This document shows positions 1 through 9,803 of a stretch of 64,000 bases of DNA, in pieces; the first letter of the stretch is position 1; each line of letters opens with the position of its first letter. A program made the position numbers and the translations under genes. The DNA lies in the IMG/VR virus record IMGVR_UViG_3300020577_007013, one strand, 5' to 3'. The notes under the pieces are model-generated. The model was not told where the DNA came from. It worked only from the letters and a program-made list of their open reading frames with translations, and searched no databases. The DNA comes from a virus (taxonomy: Duplodnaviria > Caudoviricetes).

Positions 1-297
1 ATGAGAACATTGGAAAAGTTGGTAACACAAATGTCTAAATACGGAAAGAATGAACCTCCTTATTGGAATGAGCTCATGGATGCCATTTATAATGGACTTG
101 ACTCTGATTTTGCAAGTGCACTTGACTATGTTCTAGGATCTCAAAAGTTTGACCATGCTCAAGCAGATCGTCGACTTAAAATTGGATTGGAAAGAGCTTC
201 TGAAAGAGCTGGAACAGAACCTAGAGCTGCTGTAGACAAAGCTGAAAGAGTCTTAAGTCGATTCATTGGAATAAGTGGACCAAACGGAAAGAAGTAA
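1..297 (+). CDS. hypothetical protein, probably 5'-truncated by the window edge
   Basis: ORF track; co-oriented with the downstream gene run. Confidence 0.6.
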   Translation: MRTLEKLVTQMSKYGKNEPPYWNELMDAIYNGLDSDFASALDYVLGSQKFDHAQADRRLKIGLERASERAGTEPRAAVDKAERVLSRFIGISGPNGKK

Positions 298-358
298 TGG
301 AAATCGGAATCGCAGTAGTTTGTTTTCTGTTGCTAGTAGAAATTGCATCGAGGTAAAA

Positions 359-589
359 ATGACTCCATATAAAAAATTATTTGAAGCTTCAGATAAAATT
401 TACCTCGATGGCTTAATGAGAGATCTTTGGGATGTTCAAGGTGACATCGAAGATATTGAGACTCAAATGTCTGATGCTAGAAGAGCTAAAGATGACAAAA
501 GACTTAAAGAACTTCATACTGAATTAAGAGAACTTAGAAAAGAGGAATCTGATTTGGAAGACGAAATAAACAAAGAGGAAAATAGATAA
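359..589 (+). CDS. YKxxF(x)E-tagged small coiled-coil protein
   Basis: Start revised to MTPYKKLFEAS with GAGG upstream; K/E-rich heptads. Confidence 0.75.
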   Translation: MTPYKKLFEASDKIYLDGLMRDLWDVQGDIEDIETQMSDARRAKDDKRLKELHTELRELRKEESDLEDEINKEENR

Positions 590-747
590 TGGAACAATAT
601 AAATCAAACTATTTGTCTCTATTCACTCCAAAAGGTGAGACGAAAGTATACATCGAGAGAGACGGACTTTATCTTCCTCCTTCAGTCTTTCCTCCTTATG
701 GAGAAAAATTTGGTACAGTAGATGAGTTAGTGAGGGCATTGGTATGA
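589..747 (+). CDS. 52-aa protein with weak tag (MEQYKSNY); not in ORF track
   Basis: Manual translation; TAATG and ATGA overlaps with both neighbours. Confidence 0.65.
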   Translation: MEQYKSNYLSLFTPKGETKVYIERDGLYLPPSVFPPYGEKFGTVDELVRALV

Positions 748-1151
748 CAAAATATAAACCACTTTTCGAAGATACAGACAAAAAACTGGTCATCAGACTC
801 CATGAACCAAGAAAATACAACGTAGACAATGTCGAAGCGATGTACAAAGAAATGGGTGAGCTGTCAAATTTTTACATAGTCTGGTATGATGATTCAGGAT
901 ATGACGGAGAAGGTGATACTGTCAAGATTTACAAGATGACAGGAGAATGGGAATTTGAAGATGACATTCTTACTTTTCAAGGAACCATGATCGTTAAAGG
1001 AACTGAATGTGATTTTGATGGTAAAGTCATTTCAACAGTTTTTTGGGGTGATTATTCGAACAACCTGAAGCAAGTAACAAAACAAATAAATCAAACCTAT
1101 CAAGAAGAAGGAATCAATTGGTATCTTTGTGAGAAATATGAAATCGTATAA
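744..1151 (+). CDS. tagged hypothetical protein (MTKYKPLFED)
   Basis: ORF plus N-terminal tag. Confidence 0.8.
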   Translation: MTKYKPLFEDTDKKLVIRLHEPRKYNVDNVEAMYKEMGELSNFYIVWYDDSGYDGEGDTVKIYKMTGEWEFEDDILTFQGTMIVKGTECDFDGKVISTVFWGDYSNNLKQVTKQINQTYQEEGINWYLCEKYEIV

Positions 1152-1467
1152 GTCAAAATTCTCCGAAGACTTCAGAACTGAAGAAGTGGATGTCCTAGAA
1201 AAAGTCAAGAGCTTCATTGAATCCTCAGAACAAGTGGGAATGTTTGTTTGCCCTAACAGAGATGAAGCAAAGAAAGTGGTTCTTGAAATTGGATATCCAT
1301 TCGTTTCATCATCAGATTCTGTTCTTGCTTTCGGAAAAATCATCACAGGAAGAAAAACTCATTACGTAGTGGAGCTCAATCCTAAGTCAGACCTACACAA
1401 ATTTTCCAAACTCATGGAAGTGGCTGATGAAAAAGAAATTGAGAAAGTGGTGGTACTCATAGTATGA
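1138..1467 (+). CDS. tagged hypothetical protein (MKSYKSKFSED)
   Basis: Start revised to the tag Met. Confidence 0.8.
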   Translation: MKSYKSKFSEDFRTEEVDVLEKVKSFIESSEQVGMFVCPNRDEAKKVVLEIGYPFVSSSDSVLAFGKIITGRKTHYVVELNPKSDLHKFSKLMEVADEKEIEKVVVLIV

Positions 1468-1727
1468 GTCCTTACAAACCGTTATTTGAAATGGCTATTA
1501 AGCATACTTTCTTAGACACTAAGGTCTCTCCTAAAGAAAAAGCTAAGTTAATCATTAACGATGCGTTAGAGAGATCATTCTATTGGTCTGAGAATGAAGA
1601 AGGAGAGGTCTCAGAAGAAGAGATAAGTCTTGTGAATGCTGAACTTGAAAAACTCGTTGACAAAATAAATTCAAAACTTAGAATCGGTAATATACATTCT
1701 AGAGCTGAAAAGAGAGCAGGAAAATGA
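1464..1727 (+). CDS. tagged hypothetical protein (MSPYKPLFEM)
   Basis: ORF, ATGA coupling, tag. Confidence 0.8.
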   Translation: MSPYKPLFEMAIKHTFLDTKVSPKEKAKLIINDALERSFYWSENEEGEVSEEEISLVNAELEKLVDKINSKLRIGNIHSRAEKRAGK

Positions 1728-2065
1728 TTCGTTATAAACGACTCTTTGAAAGTGGAGGACTCGTAGAAGGTGAGTCAGTCGAGACATTAGGAGTATTGAA
1801 ATATCTCGATGTAGGGAAGATTAGGAATAGACTTCCTAAACTGTACTCCAAAATAAAAAAGATGGATAGACCTATTAAAGTAAGGCAACATGACTGGGTA
1901 GATCCTAAAGGGTCTGACTCGGTGCACAGTCTTGACTTCTTGTCGACTAGTCATATATCCAATGTCGACAATCAAATGGTCTCAATCACATTAGAAAAAG
2001 ATAAAGACTTATATATTCAGTCTAAGCGACTTATATCAAAATTGCTTAATAAGGAAACTCCATGA
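1724..2065 (+). CDS. tagged hypothetical protein (MIRYKRLFES)
   Basis: ORF, ATGA coupling, tag. Confidence 0.8.
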   Translation: MIRYKRLFESGGLVEGESVETLGVLKYLDVGKIRNRLPKLYSKIKKMDRPIKVRQHDWVDPKGSDSVHSLDFLSTSHISNVDNQMVSITLEKDKDLYIQSKRLISKLLNKETP

Positions 2066-2304
2066 GATACAAATCTTTCTTCAGAGAGTTCAGAGAAGCT
2101 TATGCAGACGTTCAGACTGTAAAGAATGAACTCACTAATCTCCATACTCAACTCGAAGGTTTTCAAGCAGAATTGAAGACTACTCAGACTCTAGAATTAC
2201 GTGATGACTTAGAGCAGAAGATCACATACGTTCAAAACCAAATCTATGAACTCGAACAACAATTGGGAAAAATGAATGATAGCCAATCTCCTCAAGAAGG
2301 CTAA
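2062..2304 (+). CDS. tagged coiled-coil protein (MRYKSFFRE)
   Basis: ORF, tag, heptad pattern. Confidence 0.8.
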   Translation: MRYKSFFREFREAYADVQTVKNELTNLHTQLEGFQAELKTTQTLELRDDLEQKITYVQNQIYELEQQLGKMNDSQSPQEG

Positions 2305-3220
2305 AGCTAAGGTCGATAAGGCTATAGCAGAGAACCCAGACTTCGAGACCTTAACAATTCCAATAGGGCATTATCTAGATTCTATCTTCGAAAACTTAGA
2401 TCCACGATTTATTAAGAATGACAAACGCTATAGAGATCTAGGTATAGAACCTGAACTCGTTGAATATGATCCCAATATGTCACACTATTACCTTCCATTA
2501 GATGCTCCCTCTTCAATGAGAGAACGATGGAATGGGCTTGAACAAGAAGCAGAAAAAGCTATTGTTGACTTCAGAGAAGAAGTAGAGAAATATATCTTCA
2601 ATAAATATGATGTCTCGTATGCAGGATTTCACGATACAAGACCTTCAAGAGAAGGCTTTAACATGTCACTAATTATACAGAGGAAAAAGAGAATGAAAGA
2701 GAAATATACAAGACTGTTTGAAATGGAGAGACCGACTCCAAGAGCTTCTGAAAAAGAAAAGAAAACTCCAAAGTCTATAGAACTCCCACCTCAAGTAGAA
2801 AGGAATTTACAAAAATTTCTAAGAATGATTGACGAAGTCATCAAACAAAACAGAGACGTAGATGTACTGAAAATTCCAGTGGGAAGACTCTTCGAGTTGG
2901 CTGATAAGGTATATAGAGTCAGTGACATGAAAAGAGAAGATCTTATAAAAGCAGGTATTCCTGACAAGTATCTTAATAAAGATAATAGTCTCAAAGAAAG
3001 AGTTCCTTTGGAAATTTTTGAACATTGGAAAGACCTAAGGGATCTAGCTGGAAAGTATGAGTCAGAAATTAAAAGAAGACTTAAGAAAGAAGCGACTGAC
3101 GCAGGGTGGATTGCTTCAGTAAGTCAGATAGAAGATCACAGTCGATTGGCAGGAATAGAGCATTTAAGAATAAGAGATTCTTATTATTCTGTCACACATT
3201 TAATTCTCAAGAAACCATGA
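2276..3220 (+). CDS. family-A paralog with two domains; internal tag MKEKYTRLFE at 2693 (fusion of two genes)
   Basis: Two copies of the KA..xID..I...IP(I/V)G domain; second half resembles 3217..3729. Confidence 0.75.
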   Translation: MIANLLKKAKAKVDKAIAENPDFETLTIPIGHYLDSIFENLDPRFIKNDKRYRDLGIEPELVEYDPNMSHYYLPLDAPSSMRERWNGLEQEAEKAIVDFREEVEKYIFNKYDVSYAGFHDTRPSREGFNMSLIIQRKKRMKEKYTRLFEMERPTPRASEKEKKTPKSIELPPQVERNLQKFLRMIDEVIKQNRDVDVLKIPVGRLFELADKVYRVSDMKREDLIKAGIPDKYLNKDNSLKERVPLEIFEHWKDLRDLAGKYESEIKRRLKKEATDAGWIASVSQIEDHSRLAGIEHLRIRDSYYSVTHLILKKP

Positions 3221-3729
3221 AAAAATATAATCCACTTTTTGAAATGAGATCTCCTGCTCCTAAAGCTGGACAGATTAAGAAGACCATAGAGCTTCCTCCC
3301 GACATAGAGAACAATTTGAAAAAATGCATTCGTGTCGTAGACGGTGTTCTTAAATACGAGTCTAAAGTTTATTACATACCACTGGACCATTACATAGAGT
3401 CAATACGTCGGAACTTCAATCCCTATTATGTGAAAGACCTCAAGAAGCTCAGTATAGAGGATAATGAAGTGAGTTTCGCCCCCAACTCAGATCATCCATA
3501 TCCTAAAAATGATAAGACCAGAGAGAAGTTTAATAAGCTTGAAATGGAAGCAGATTACTTAACTGAAAAATTTAAAAGCAAATTATCAGGTCATTACATT
3601 AATTACAAGCCCAAATATAATAATGGCTATGTCTATCTTGATGTACCTCGTTACTTAGGTGATCTCAAGAAATGGATACCTGAAGGTAGCAACTATTCTC
3701 TAGTGACTCTTGTATTGGAGAAGCCATGA
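3217..3729 (+). CDS. tagged family-A paralog (MKKYNPLFEM)
   Basis: Start revised; shares IELPP..E.NL.K..R.(I/V)D with 2693-3220. Confidence 0.8.
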   Translation: MKKYNPLFEMRSPAPKAGQIKKTIELPPDIENNLKKCIRVVDGVLKYESKVYYIPLDHYIESIRRNFNPYYVKDLKKLSIEDNEVSFAPNSDHPYPKNDKTREKFNKLEMEADYLTEKFKSKLSGHYINYKPKYNNGYVYLDVPRYLGDLKKWIPEGSNYSLVTLVLEKP

Positions 3730-4064
3730 ACAGGTATAAGCCATTATTCGAGAGTGAAGACTTCGTAAACAAGACCTTTCAGAAGGCTGTGAGAACTATA
3801 GATGGAATACTTGCATCAGACACCGAGAAGCTCATTTGGCTGATACCAATAGGAGCTTTTATATGGACTATTAAAAGACATATCATGAAGACAGGAACAT
3901 CTATCAATGGGACTGAAGATGCAATGTGGAGATTCAAATCTAAGTTAATGAATTACTACGATGCTAAAAATTGGGATTCAACCATTGTTCCTTCCAGAGT
4001 TCCTAAAGATCTCAAACACTTGAGTGCTGGAGTCAACGTTACGTTGGAGCTTACAAGAAGATGA
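3726..4064 (+). CDS. tagged family-A paralog (MNRYKPLFES)
   Basis: QKAVRTIDGI..WLIPIGAF motif. Confidence 0.8.
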   Translation: MNRYKPLFESEDFVNKTFQKAVRTIDGILASDTEKLIWLIPIGAFIWTIKRHIMKTGTSINGTEDAMWRFKSKLMNYYDAKNWDSTIVPSRVPKDLKHLSAGVNVTLELTRR

Positions 4065-4405
4065 ATCGATACAGACCCCTATTCGAGAGTGAACATTCTG
4101 ATAGGATCCTTCAGAAGGCCATTCATACTATTGACAAGATCATAGCCACCGATCCTGACAAAGAAGTATGGAAGATACCAGTAGGTGCTTATGCAAAGTC
4201 GATTGAAATGGAGGTCAGAAAAAATTATAAAGACGGAAATATAAAAGATGCTGTTCAGACTGGAAGACTTCATAAATTTCAGCAAAACCTTATAAAACAC
4301 TATGTTGAAAAAGGATGGTCAGCGATTACCCATAACGGCTTCGATGATCATGATCCCGATCTTAAGCACATGGGTACTGACTATACATTGGTATTAGCAA
4401 AATGA
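4061..4405 (+). CDS. tagged family-A paralog (MNRYRPLFES)
   Basis: QKAIHTIDKI..WKIPVGAY motif. Confidence 0.8.
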   Translation: MNRYRPLFESEHSDRILQKAIHTIDKIIATDPDKEVWKIPVGAYAKSIEMEVRKNYKDGNIKDAVQTGRLHKFQQNLIKHYVEKGWSAITHNGFDDHDPDLKHMGTDYTLVLAK

Positions 4406-4837
4406 AGTACATATCACTATACGAGAACACAGACCCTCTTGTCGATAAGCTTTTAATAAAGTAAAGGGAATTATTGACGAAGAATTGAAGACTAGGGAAG
4501 AAATTACTTTTCCTTTGGTCGCCTTCATAAGATCAATTGAAAGAGCTTACAATCCACATTTCATGCAAGACAAGAGGCTGAAGGAACTCGGTCTCAGTAA
4601 GAATGATCTCGAAGAATATAATCAGGAGTCTCTAATGTAAGCGAGAAAATCGAAAACTTAATATCTAAATCAGGAAGACTTACTCTAGACTTCATAAACA
4701 GACTCACAAAATATTATCGAGAGAAAGGACATGGTCTTGTAGTCTTTGGTTATACGAGTAAAAGATCATTGGATCCAGATTTTAGACCTTATACTGTGAG
4801 CGGAACTGACTCTCAATTCTGCATTACTATACAATGA
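4402..4837 (+). pseudogene. frameshifted family-A paralog of 4834..5298 (two shifts; may be sequencing errors)
   Basis: Three consecutive segments in different frames (MKYISLYENTDPLVDKLL / KVKGIIDEELKTREEITFPL / LTKYYREKG..LDPDFRPY..FCITIQ) align with the next gene. Confidence 0.75.
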
Positions 4838-5298
4838 AAAAGTATAATCCCTTATTCGAGAACGCTGACCCCTACATAGAAAAGCTTCTAGGTAAAGTAA
4901 AGAAGACCATAGACGAAGCCCTTATTACAAGAAAGCGACTTCTGTTTCCAATCTCTTCTTATCTATCGTCTGTCTGGAAGAATTACTCACCTTTTTACAT
5001 GCAGTCTCATAGACTCGAGCAAGTAGGATTCGATCTAGAGTACATCGGATTCGATCTGAAAGATGAGAGATACAATTGGATAAAACCAGAAGCTCCTAAA
5101 TTTCTTCGTCAAAAATGGGATGCTATGCATGAGAATGCCAAGGAAGTGGAGAAATACTTTAGAGAGACTCTTATAAAATACTACAATAATAAAGGCTATC
5201 AAGTTTCTTTACACAATGAGACGAGAAGCTTTCTAGAACCAGAGTTTAGAAAATATGCACTAAGACAAGGATTCAATTTATGCATTCAGATTTCGTAG
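4834..5298 (+). CDS. tagged family-A paralog (MKKYNPLFEN)
   Basis: ORF, tag, family motif. Confidence 0.8.
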   Translation: MKKYNPLFENADPYIEKLLGKVKKTIDEALITRKRLLFPISSYLSSVWKNYSPFYMQSHRLEQVGFDLEYIGFDLKDERYNWIKPEAPKFLRQKWDAMHENAKEVEKYFRETLIKYYNNKGYQVSLHNETRSFLEPEFRKYALRQGFNLCIQIS

Positions 5299-6029
5299 AC
5301 AGACTCGTAGCCAAGGCGTCTAGGAATATAGACGAAGCTCTTAAGAAAAGAGATCATATTAAGTTTCCTTTAGATGCCTATGAAAATTCTATTCTAGTAA
5401 GTCTCAAAAAACAGGGAAAGGATGAACGAGAAATTTGGAACACAATATGGGAGTTCGAACATAGGCTTATGAGTAAGTACCCTAAGACTTCAGTACATTA
5501 TGTAGGAACCATTCACAAAGACTTGCAGGCATTCACACATAAGAATCCTGATAAATCACATAGAGTATTAGACTTCTATATAGAGTCGACTGACTCTTTC
5601 GTAGACAGACTCGTAAACAAAGCTTCTAGACACATAGAAGAAGCCCTTAAGAAAGGTAAGCTTGTCAGGTTTCCTCTGTATGCTTTTGAACAGTCTATAA
5701 CCGACAACTTCGACCCGTATCGCATGTCTAAAGAGAAGCTTGTCTCATTAGGTCTTCTGGCAAAATTTCTCCTCAGATCAAGTCGTCCTACAGAAAATTT
5801 TTATTTAAAGGACTCTACTCCACTAGATCTCAAAGACAAGTGGTCTGAACTCGAGAATGAAGCTTCTGATTTAGTCATAGAATTCAGAAACAAGCTTAAG
5901 AGAAAGTTTAAGGGCTCGAGATTAGAGATGGTGGATAAACTCAACCCTTCTGATTTCACAAAATTCTCTAATCCTGATTATGTTAATAGAACTCTAGTGG
6001 TTCCATATAAAAGCATTTACAAAAACTAA
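5280..6029 (+). CDS. family-A paralog with internal duplication; C-terminal tag-like YKSIYKN
   Basis: FVDRLV.KASR.I.EALKK occurs twice. Confidence 0.8.
   Translation: MHSDFVDRLVAKASRNIDEALKKRDHIKFPLDAYENSILVSLKKQGKDEREIWNTIWEFEHRLMSKYPKTSVHYVGTIHKDLQAFTHKNPDKSHRVLDFYIESTDSFVDRLVNKASRHIEEALKKGKLVRFPLYAFEQSITDNFDPYRMSKEKLVSLGLLAKFLLRSSRPTENFYLKDSTPLDLKDKWSELENEASDLVIEFRNKLKRKFKGSRLEMVDKLNPSDFTKFSNPDYVNRTLVVPYKSIYKN
5292..5654 (+). repeat. imperfect ~57-bp direct repeat (5292-5348 and 5598-5654)
   Basis: Both copies begin ttcgtagacagactcgta and end cttaagaaa. Confidence 0.8.
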
Positions 6030-6037
6030 TATTTATG
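6025..6037 (+). promoter_or_regulatory. ACTAA-N5-ATG candidate late promoter
   Basis: ACTAATATTTATG; here TAA is also the upstream stop codon. Confidence 0.45.
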
Positions 6038-6973
6038 CTACCATACCGTTTTTCAGAATTATACGAAGCAGTTGCTCCACAACTCAAAGGTAACTACAAA
6101 CAACTGTTTACCGACAGACTCTCTGAAGAGGAGTTTGAGGAATTGGCTAAATCAGTCGGTATCGGAGAACAAGATTACAAGTTTCTCCTTACATTCATAA
6201 ATAACAACCAGACATCTGTCAAAGGAAAGGAGCTTATCTCTGACTTAGAGCAACCTCTGAAAATGTATCTTTCTAAGAACTCAGTTCGAAGTTTAAGTGG
6301 AATGAATCTCGAGACTCTCAAGAAAGATTACGGTTCTGCTAACACGACTAAAGCAGTCGGAGATTCAAGTAAAGAGTTTCAGATAGTTCGTATAGATGAT
6401 GTCAATCAATGTGTCACTCTTACTAAAGACTCTGGATGGTGTGTACAGCAGAAGCATTATGCATCTGACTATCTTTCTAAAGGTCCTCTCTTTCTCATTC
6501 TAAGGAACGGTAAACGGTTCGCTCTTATCTCTTTCCCAACAAAACAATTTATGGATGTTCATGACAATCCACTTAAGAAAAAAGATCTTGATTGGATTGA
6601 CTCACATTGGCCAGACTTTAAATATGAAAGAATGCTTACTGGTAATGGTAGATTCAAAACAAAGCCGTCTGAAGCAGAGCTCAATAAAATGTTCACACTT
6701 AAAAAGGAATGGTATGGTGACCTTAATCTGTCAGGCATTCCTGTTAAAACACTTCCAGAAGGTTTTAAAGTAGACGGTACACTCGACCTTACAGGAACTC
6801 CAATCAAGTCTCTTCCAAAAGGTCTTAAAGCAAATGTACTCAACATACAAGAGACTTCCATATCAGAACTTCCTTCTGACTTAGACGTCGGAATTGTGTA
6901 TGTAGACTTCGGTTCACCAATGGCTGAATTCGAATATGAAAAGCCAGCTAAAGTTCATGAAATCTTGGAGTAA
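6035..6973 (+). CDS. leucine-rich-repeat protein with a central GWCV motif and a variant tag
   Basis: LNLSGIPVKTLPEG / LDLTGTPIKSLPKGL / LNIQETSISELPSDL repeats. Confidence 0.75.
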   Translation: MLPYRFSELYEAVAPQLKGNYKQLFTDRLSEEEFEELAKSVGIGEQDYKFLLTFINNNQTSVKGKELISDLEQPLKMYLSKNSVRSLSGMNLETLKKDYGSANTTKAVGDSSKEFQIVRIDDVNQCVTLTKDSGWCVQQKHYASDYLSKGPLFLILRNGKRFALISFPTKQFMDVHDNPLKKKDLDWIDSHWPDFKYERMLTGNGRFKTKPSEAELNKMFTLKKEWYGDLNLSGIPVKTLPEGFKVDGTLDLTGTPIKSLPKGLKANVLNIQETSISELPSDLDVGIVYVDFGSPMAEFEYEKPAKVHEILE

Positions 6974-7718
6974 ATACAATCGTCTTTTTAAAGAAGACGT
7001 CATCAAAGACTTTACTGATAAGCTAATCAAGAAAGCGATTGCAAAGTTTGATGCATTTATAGCAGAGCATCCAGACAATAAGATTTTTTCATTTAGGCTG
7101 GACCCTTATACGACTTCTATTTTAAAGAATTTTCACTATGACTATAGCAAGCCTGATAGAATCAGAGACAGTTCAGGTCGTCTTGGATTTGCTGCTGATT
7201 CTAAAGCTATGGAAGCTTATTCACGATTTAATGAGACTTTAAGAAAGTACTATGAAGATAAAGGAGACTTCTTTGTACAGGAAGCTGAAGGTGCACCAGC
7301 TAAAGATTCAATAGGTCCTTCATTTCCTAAGTCGACCCACAACTCACTTTTTCCCTATTATCTGAGTGTATCAAGAAAGACTCCCGGTGTAGAAGAGCTC
7401 TTAGATAAAACTGCTAGTAAAGCTATTAAGTATGTGAAAGGATTATTGTCCAAGTATCCAAACACCAAGCTTAAAATTGATATGTCAAAATTCTTCGTCT
7501 TCTTAGAAAAAAATATAGATAATGAGACTACAGAGTATACAGAGACTCTTCACAAGCTACAGATTAAAGTTGAAAAGGCTGTAGGTGGAGAATTTTCTAA
7601 TTGGAATTTTCATTCTCGTAGAAACCTTGAGTTATCAGATTTCAAGACCATAACTGATAGTTCAGGGGTCGAGCCAAGATATTTTGTCACATACTGGCTC
7701 TTTATTGGGGCAAAATGA
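6957..7718 (+). CDS. tagged family-A-like protein (MKSWSKYNRLFKED)
   Basis: DKLIKKAIAKFD..FRLDPY..SI motif; start revised. Confidence 0.7.
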   Translation: MKSWSKYNRLFKEDVIKDFTDKLIKKAIAKFDAFIAEHPDNKIFSFRLDPYTTSILKNFHYDYSKPDRIRDSSGRLGFAADSKAMEAYSRFNETLRKYYEDKGDFFVQEAEGAPAKDSIGPSFPKSTHNSLFPYYLSVSRKTPGVEELLDKTASKAIKYVKGLLSKYPNTKLKIDMSKFFVFLEKNIDNETTEYTETLHKLQIKVEKAVGGEFSNWNFHSRRNLELSDFKTITDSSGVEPRYFVTYWLFIGAK

Positions 7719-7999
7719 AACCTTATAAGAGCAAATTTTCGGAAGCTGAGGAGAATTTGACTACCTCCTACCTCAATCACTTCGTTGACAACGACTCTGA
7801 CATAAGAGAAGATCTCAAGGAATTTGTGAAGAAACATCAAGGCTATATTATATCTATTGGTAACAGGTTTATTGACAAGTATGAAGACCTCGACTACGAC
7901 GATGTCGAAAAGATTATGAGAGCTCTTAAAGAAAGAGTGGAAGCCCAACCTAACCAATTTCCACTCATCGTAAGATTATTTTTTGGAGATGAACTATGA
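7715..7999 (+). CDS. tagged hypothetical protein (MKPYKSKFSE)
   Basis: ORF plus tag. Confidence 0.8.
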   Translation: MKPYKSKFSEAEENLTTSYLNHFVDNDSDIREDLKEFVKKHQGYIISIGNRFIDKYEDLDYDDVEKIMRALKERVEAQPNQFPLIVRLFFGDEL

Positions 8000-8562
8000 C
8001 AGTAGAAATGGAATTCAGTATCGGCGATGCCGAATATGAGCTTACAGCAGAAGGAAATATAGAAGAAGGAGACTCTGGACATTCAGATGCACCAGACTAT
8101 CCAGATGCCTTCTATCCTGAAGACCTACAAATCAATCCACTTTCTCTAAGCAAGGTCTCTCATATTCCTACTCATGAGCTTGAGTTCGATTGGGATATGC
8201 TTTGGTTTGAAGCTCCTTTCAGTACAGATAAGATCGATACTTATCTCTCTAAGTTCAAAGGTGATTGCTTCAAAAAACTCATAGAGATCATGACTGATTG
8301 TCTCCCTTCTACCTTTACAGACAAATTCGAAGAAGGAATTTCAGAGACTGACTTTCTTAAACGTTGTATGTTAGAACTCTCTAATGATCTTCCTTCTCTT
8401 CTTGTAGACTACACTGTCGGAGAGTTTCTGACTCTTATCAAAAATGTTTACTTTCCTTGTGGTGGAAAGAAACTTGAAGCAGAAGTTATCAAAGACATGG
8501 ACGAGAAAGCTTTAAGTGCTTTTGAACAGCCAGAAGAAGACGAGTCTTACTCGTCCTACTAA
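7996..8562 (+). CDS. acidic hypothetical protein
   Basis: ORF, ATGA coupling. Confidence 0.75.
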   Translation: MTVEMEFSIGDAEYELTAEGNIEEGDSGHSDAPDYPDAFYPEDLQINPLSLSKVSHIPTHELEFDWDMLWFEAPFSTDKIDTYLSKFKGDCFKKLIEIMTDCLPSTFTDKFEEGISETDFLKRCMLELSNDLPSLLVDYTVGEFLTLIKNVYFPCGGKKLEAEVIKDMDEKALSAFEQPEEDESYSSY

Positions 8563-8567
8563 GCTAT

Positions 8568-9803
8568 ATGATCAAACTATTAGCCGGCTTTGTTATAGGA
8601 GCCATCTCTGCTGGGTTCTGGTTCAAGGAAGACGTTGAAGCTCTAATCGAAAAGAAAAGAGTCGTTCAATATGAAAAACAGAAAGAACTTCAAACAATTA
8701 GAGAGGAAGCTCCTAAAGAAGTCTACATCATTCAACCGGATGATTCCCATAGACTTCAAGATTGTACAGACGAAGATTATGAATATCACGGTGGTAGACT
8801 CAAGTCGCATCCATTCATGAAATTTTATGAAGGAAGGAAAGATCCTCTCAACGGTTTCCTTCTTTCAGACAAATCTCCTGTCTACAATTATCTACATGGA
8901 CTTTCGACCCTAGATGATGACACTGTAGTCTTAATGGGCTTCAGAGGAAATACTGCAGGACCTCATAGAAGTAGAGTCACAACAGGACTTGAAAAAATAA
9001 GAGATGAATACAACAATGTCCTTGTCTACATGCCATCCTCATTCTACAATAAAGATGGTACACCAATTGAAGATAAGAAGACTACTCTTCAATCTATCTG
9101 TCATAGAAGACGATATGAAGGAAAGTATATTGGATCTGCTTGGCCAGGAATGAATTATGGTTACAGTTGGAAAGTCTATGACAGACTACTTAAGAATAAA
9201 GCCCATGTCTTTGTGTTCTCATACAGCAATGGTCAAATAGTGAGAGAAGACATTCTTGATACAAAATTTTCTAGAGGATTCAGACCGAACTACGTCTCAA
9301 TAGCAAACTACTTCGAGTTTCTTGAACAATATTCTAAGAGAACTGAATTCATCCGTAAGGACAAAATCCCTTTGCTAGACGGAGCTGTAGACTTCGAAAC
9401 CAATTATTCAGGTGAAAAACCACTTTGGGATTTAGCTAAATTCATCAAGGAACAAGTAGATGGTAATCCTACCAGAATGTACTACGCTGCCTGTGGAATT
9501 GAATCAGTAGTAGCAATCAATCATATTAAACTCATCAAATCATTAGGACTTATTGGTGTAGAGCTTCCTAATGGAGTTGTGAGATACATGAACGATACAA
9601 GAAATGTGATTATAGATGTTCTTACCTTTAACAAGCCAGAGCCTTACGTTTATGCGAACGTGGATCTGATCAAACAGACCACCTTCCTTAAAGACAATAG
9701 AGTTGGAAAGAGACTTTCTCTTGGACACTATATGATAGTGCCTTACGCAGCAGATCAGTTTAAACAGCTTGCTGCTGAGAGAGGCTTGTTAAAATCGAAA
9801 TAG
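8568..9803 (+). CDS. N-terminally membrane-anchored protein, possible alpha/beta-hydrolase
   Basis: Hydrophobic N-terminus; VFSYSNG nucleophile-elbow-like motif; C-terminal GHY. Confidence 0.45.
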   Translation: MIKLLAGFVIGAISAGFWFKEDVEALIEKKRVVQYEKQKELQTIREEAPKEVYIIQPDDSHRLQDCTDEDYEYHGGRLKSHPFMKFYEGRKDPLNGFLLSDKSPVYNYLHGLSTLDDDTVVLMGFRGNTAGPHRSRVTTGLEKIRDEYNNVLVYMPSSFYNKDGTPIEDKKTTLQSICHRRRYEGKYIGSAWPGMNYGYSWKVYDRLLKNKAHVFVFSYSNGQIVREDILDTKFSRGFRPNYVSIANYFEFLEQYSKRTEFIRKDKIPLLDGAVDFETNYSGEKPLWDLAKFIKEQVDGNPTRMYYAACGIESVVAINHIKLIKSLGLIGVELPNGVVRYMNDTRNVIIDVLTFNKPEPYVYANVDLIKQTTFLKDNRVGKRLSLGHYMIVPYAADQFKQLAAERGLLKSK

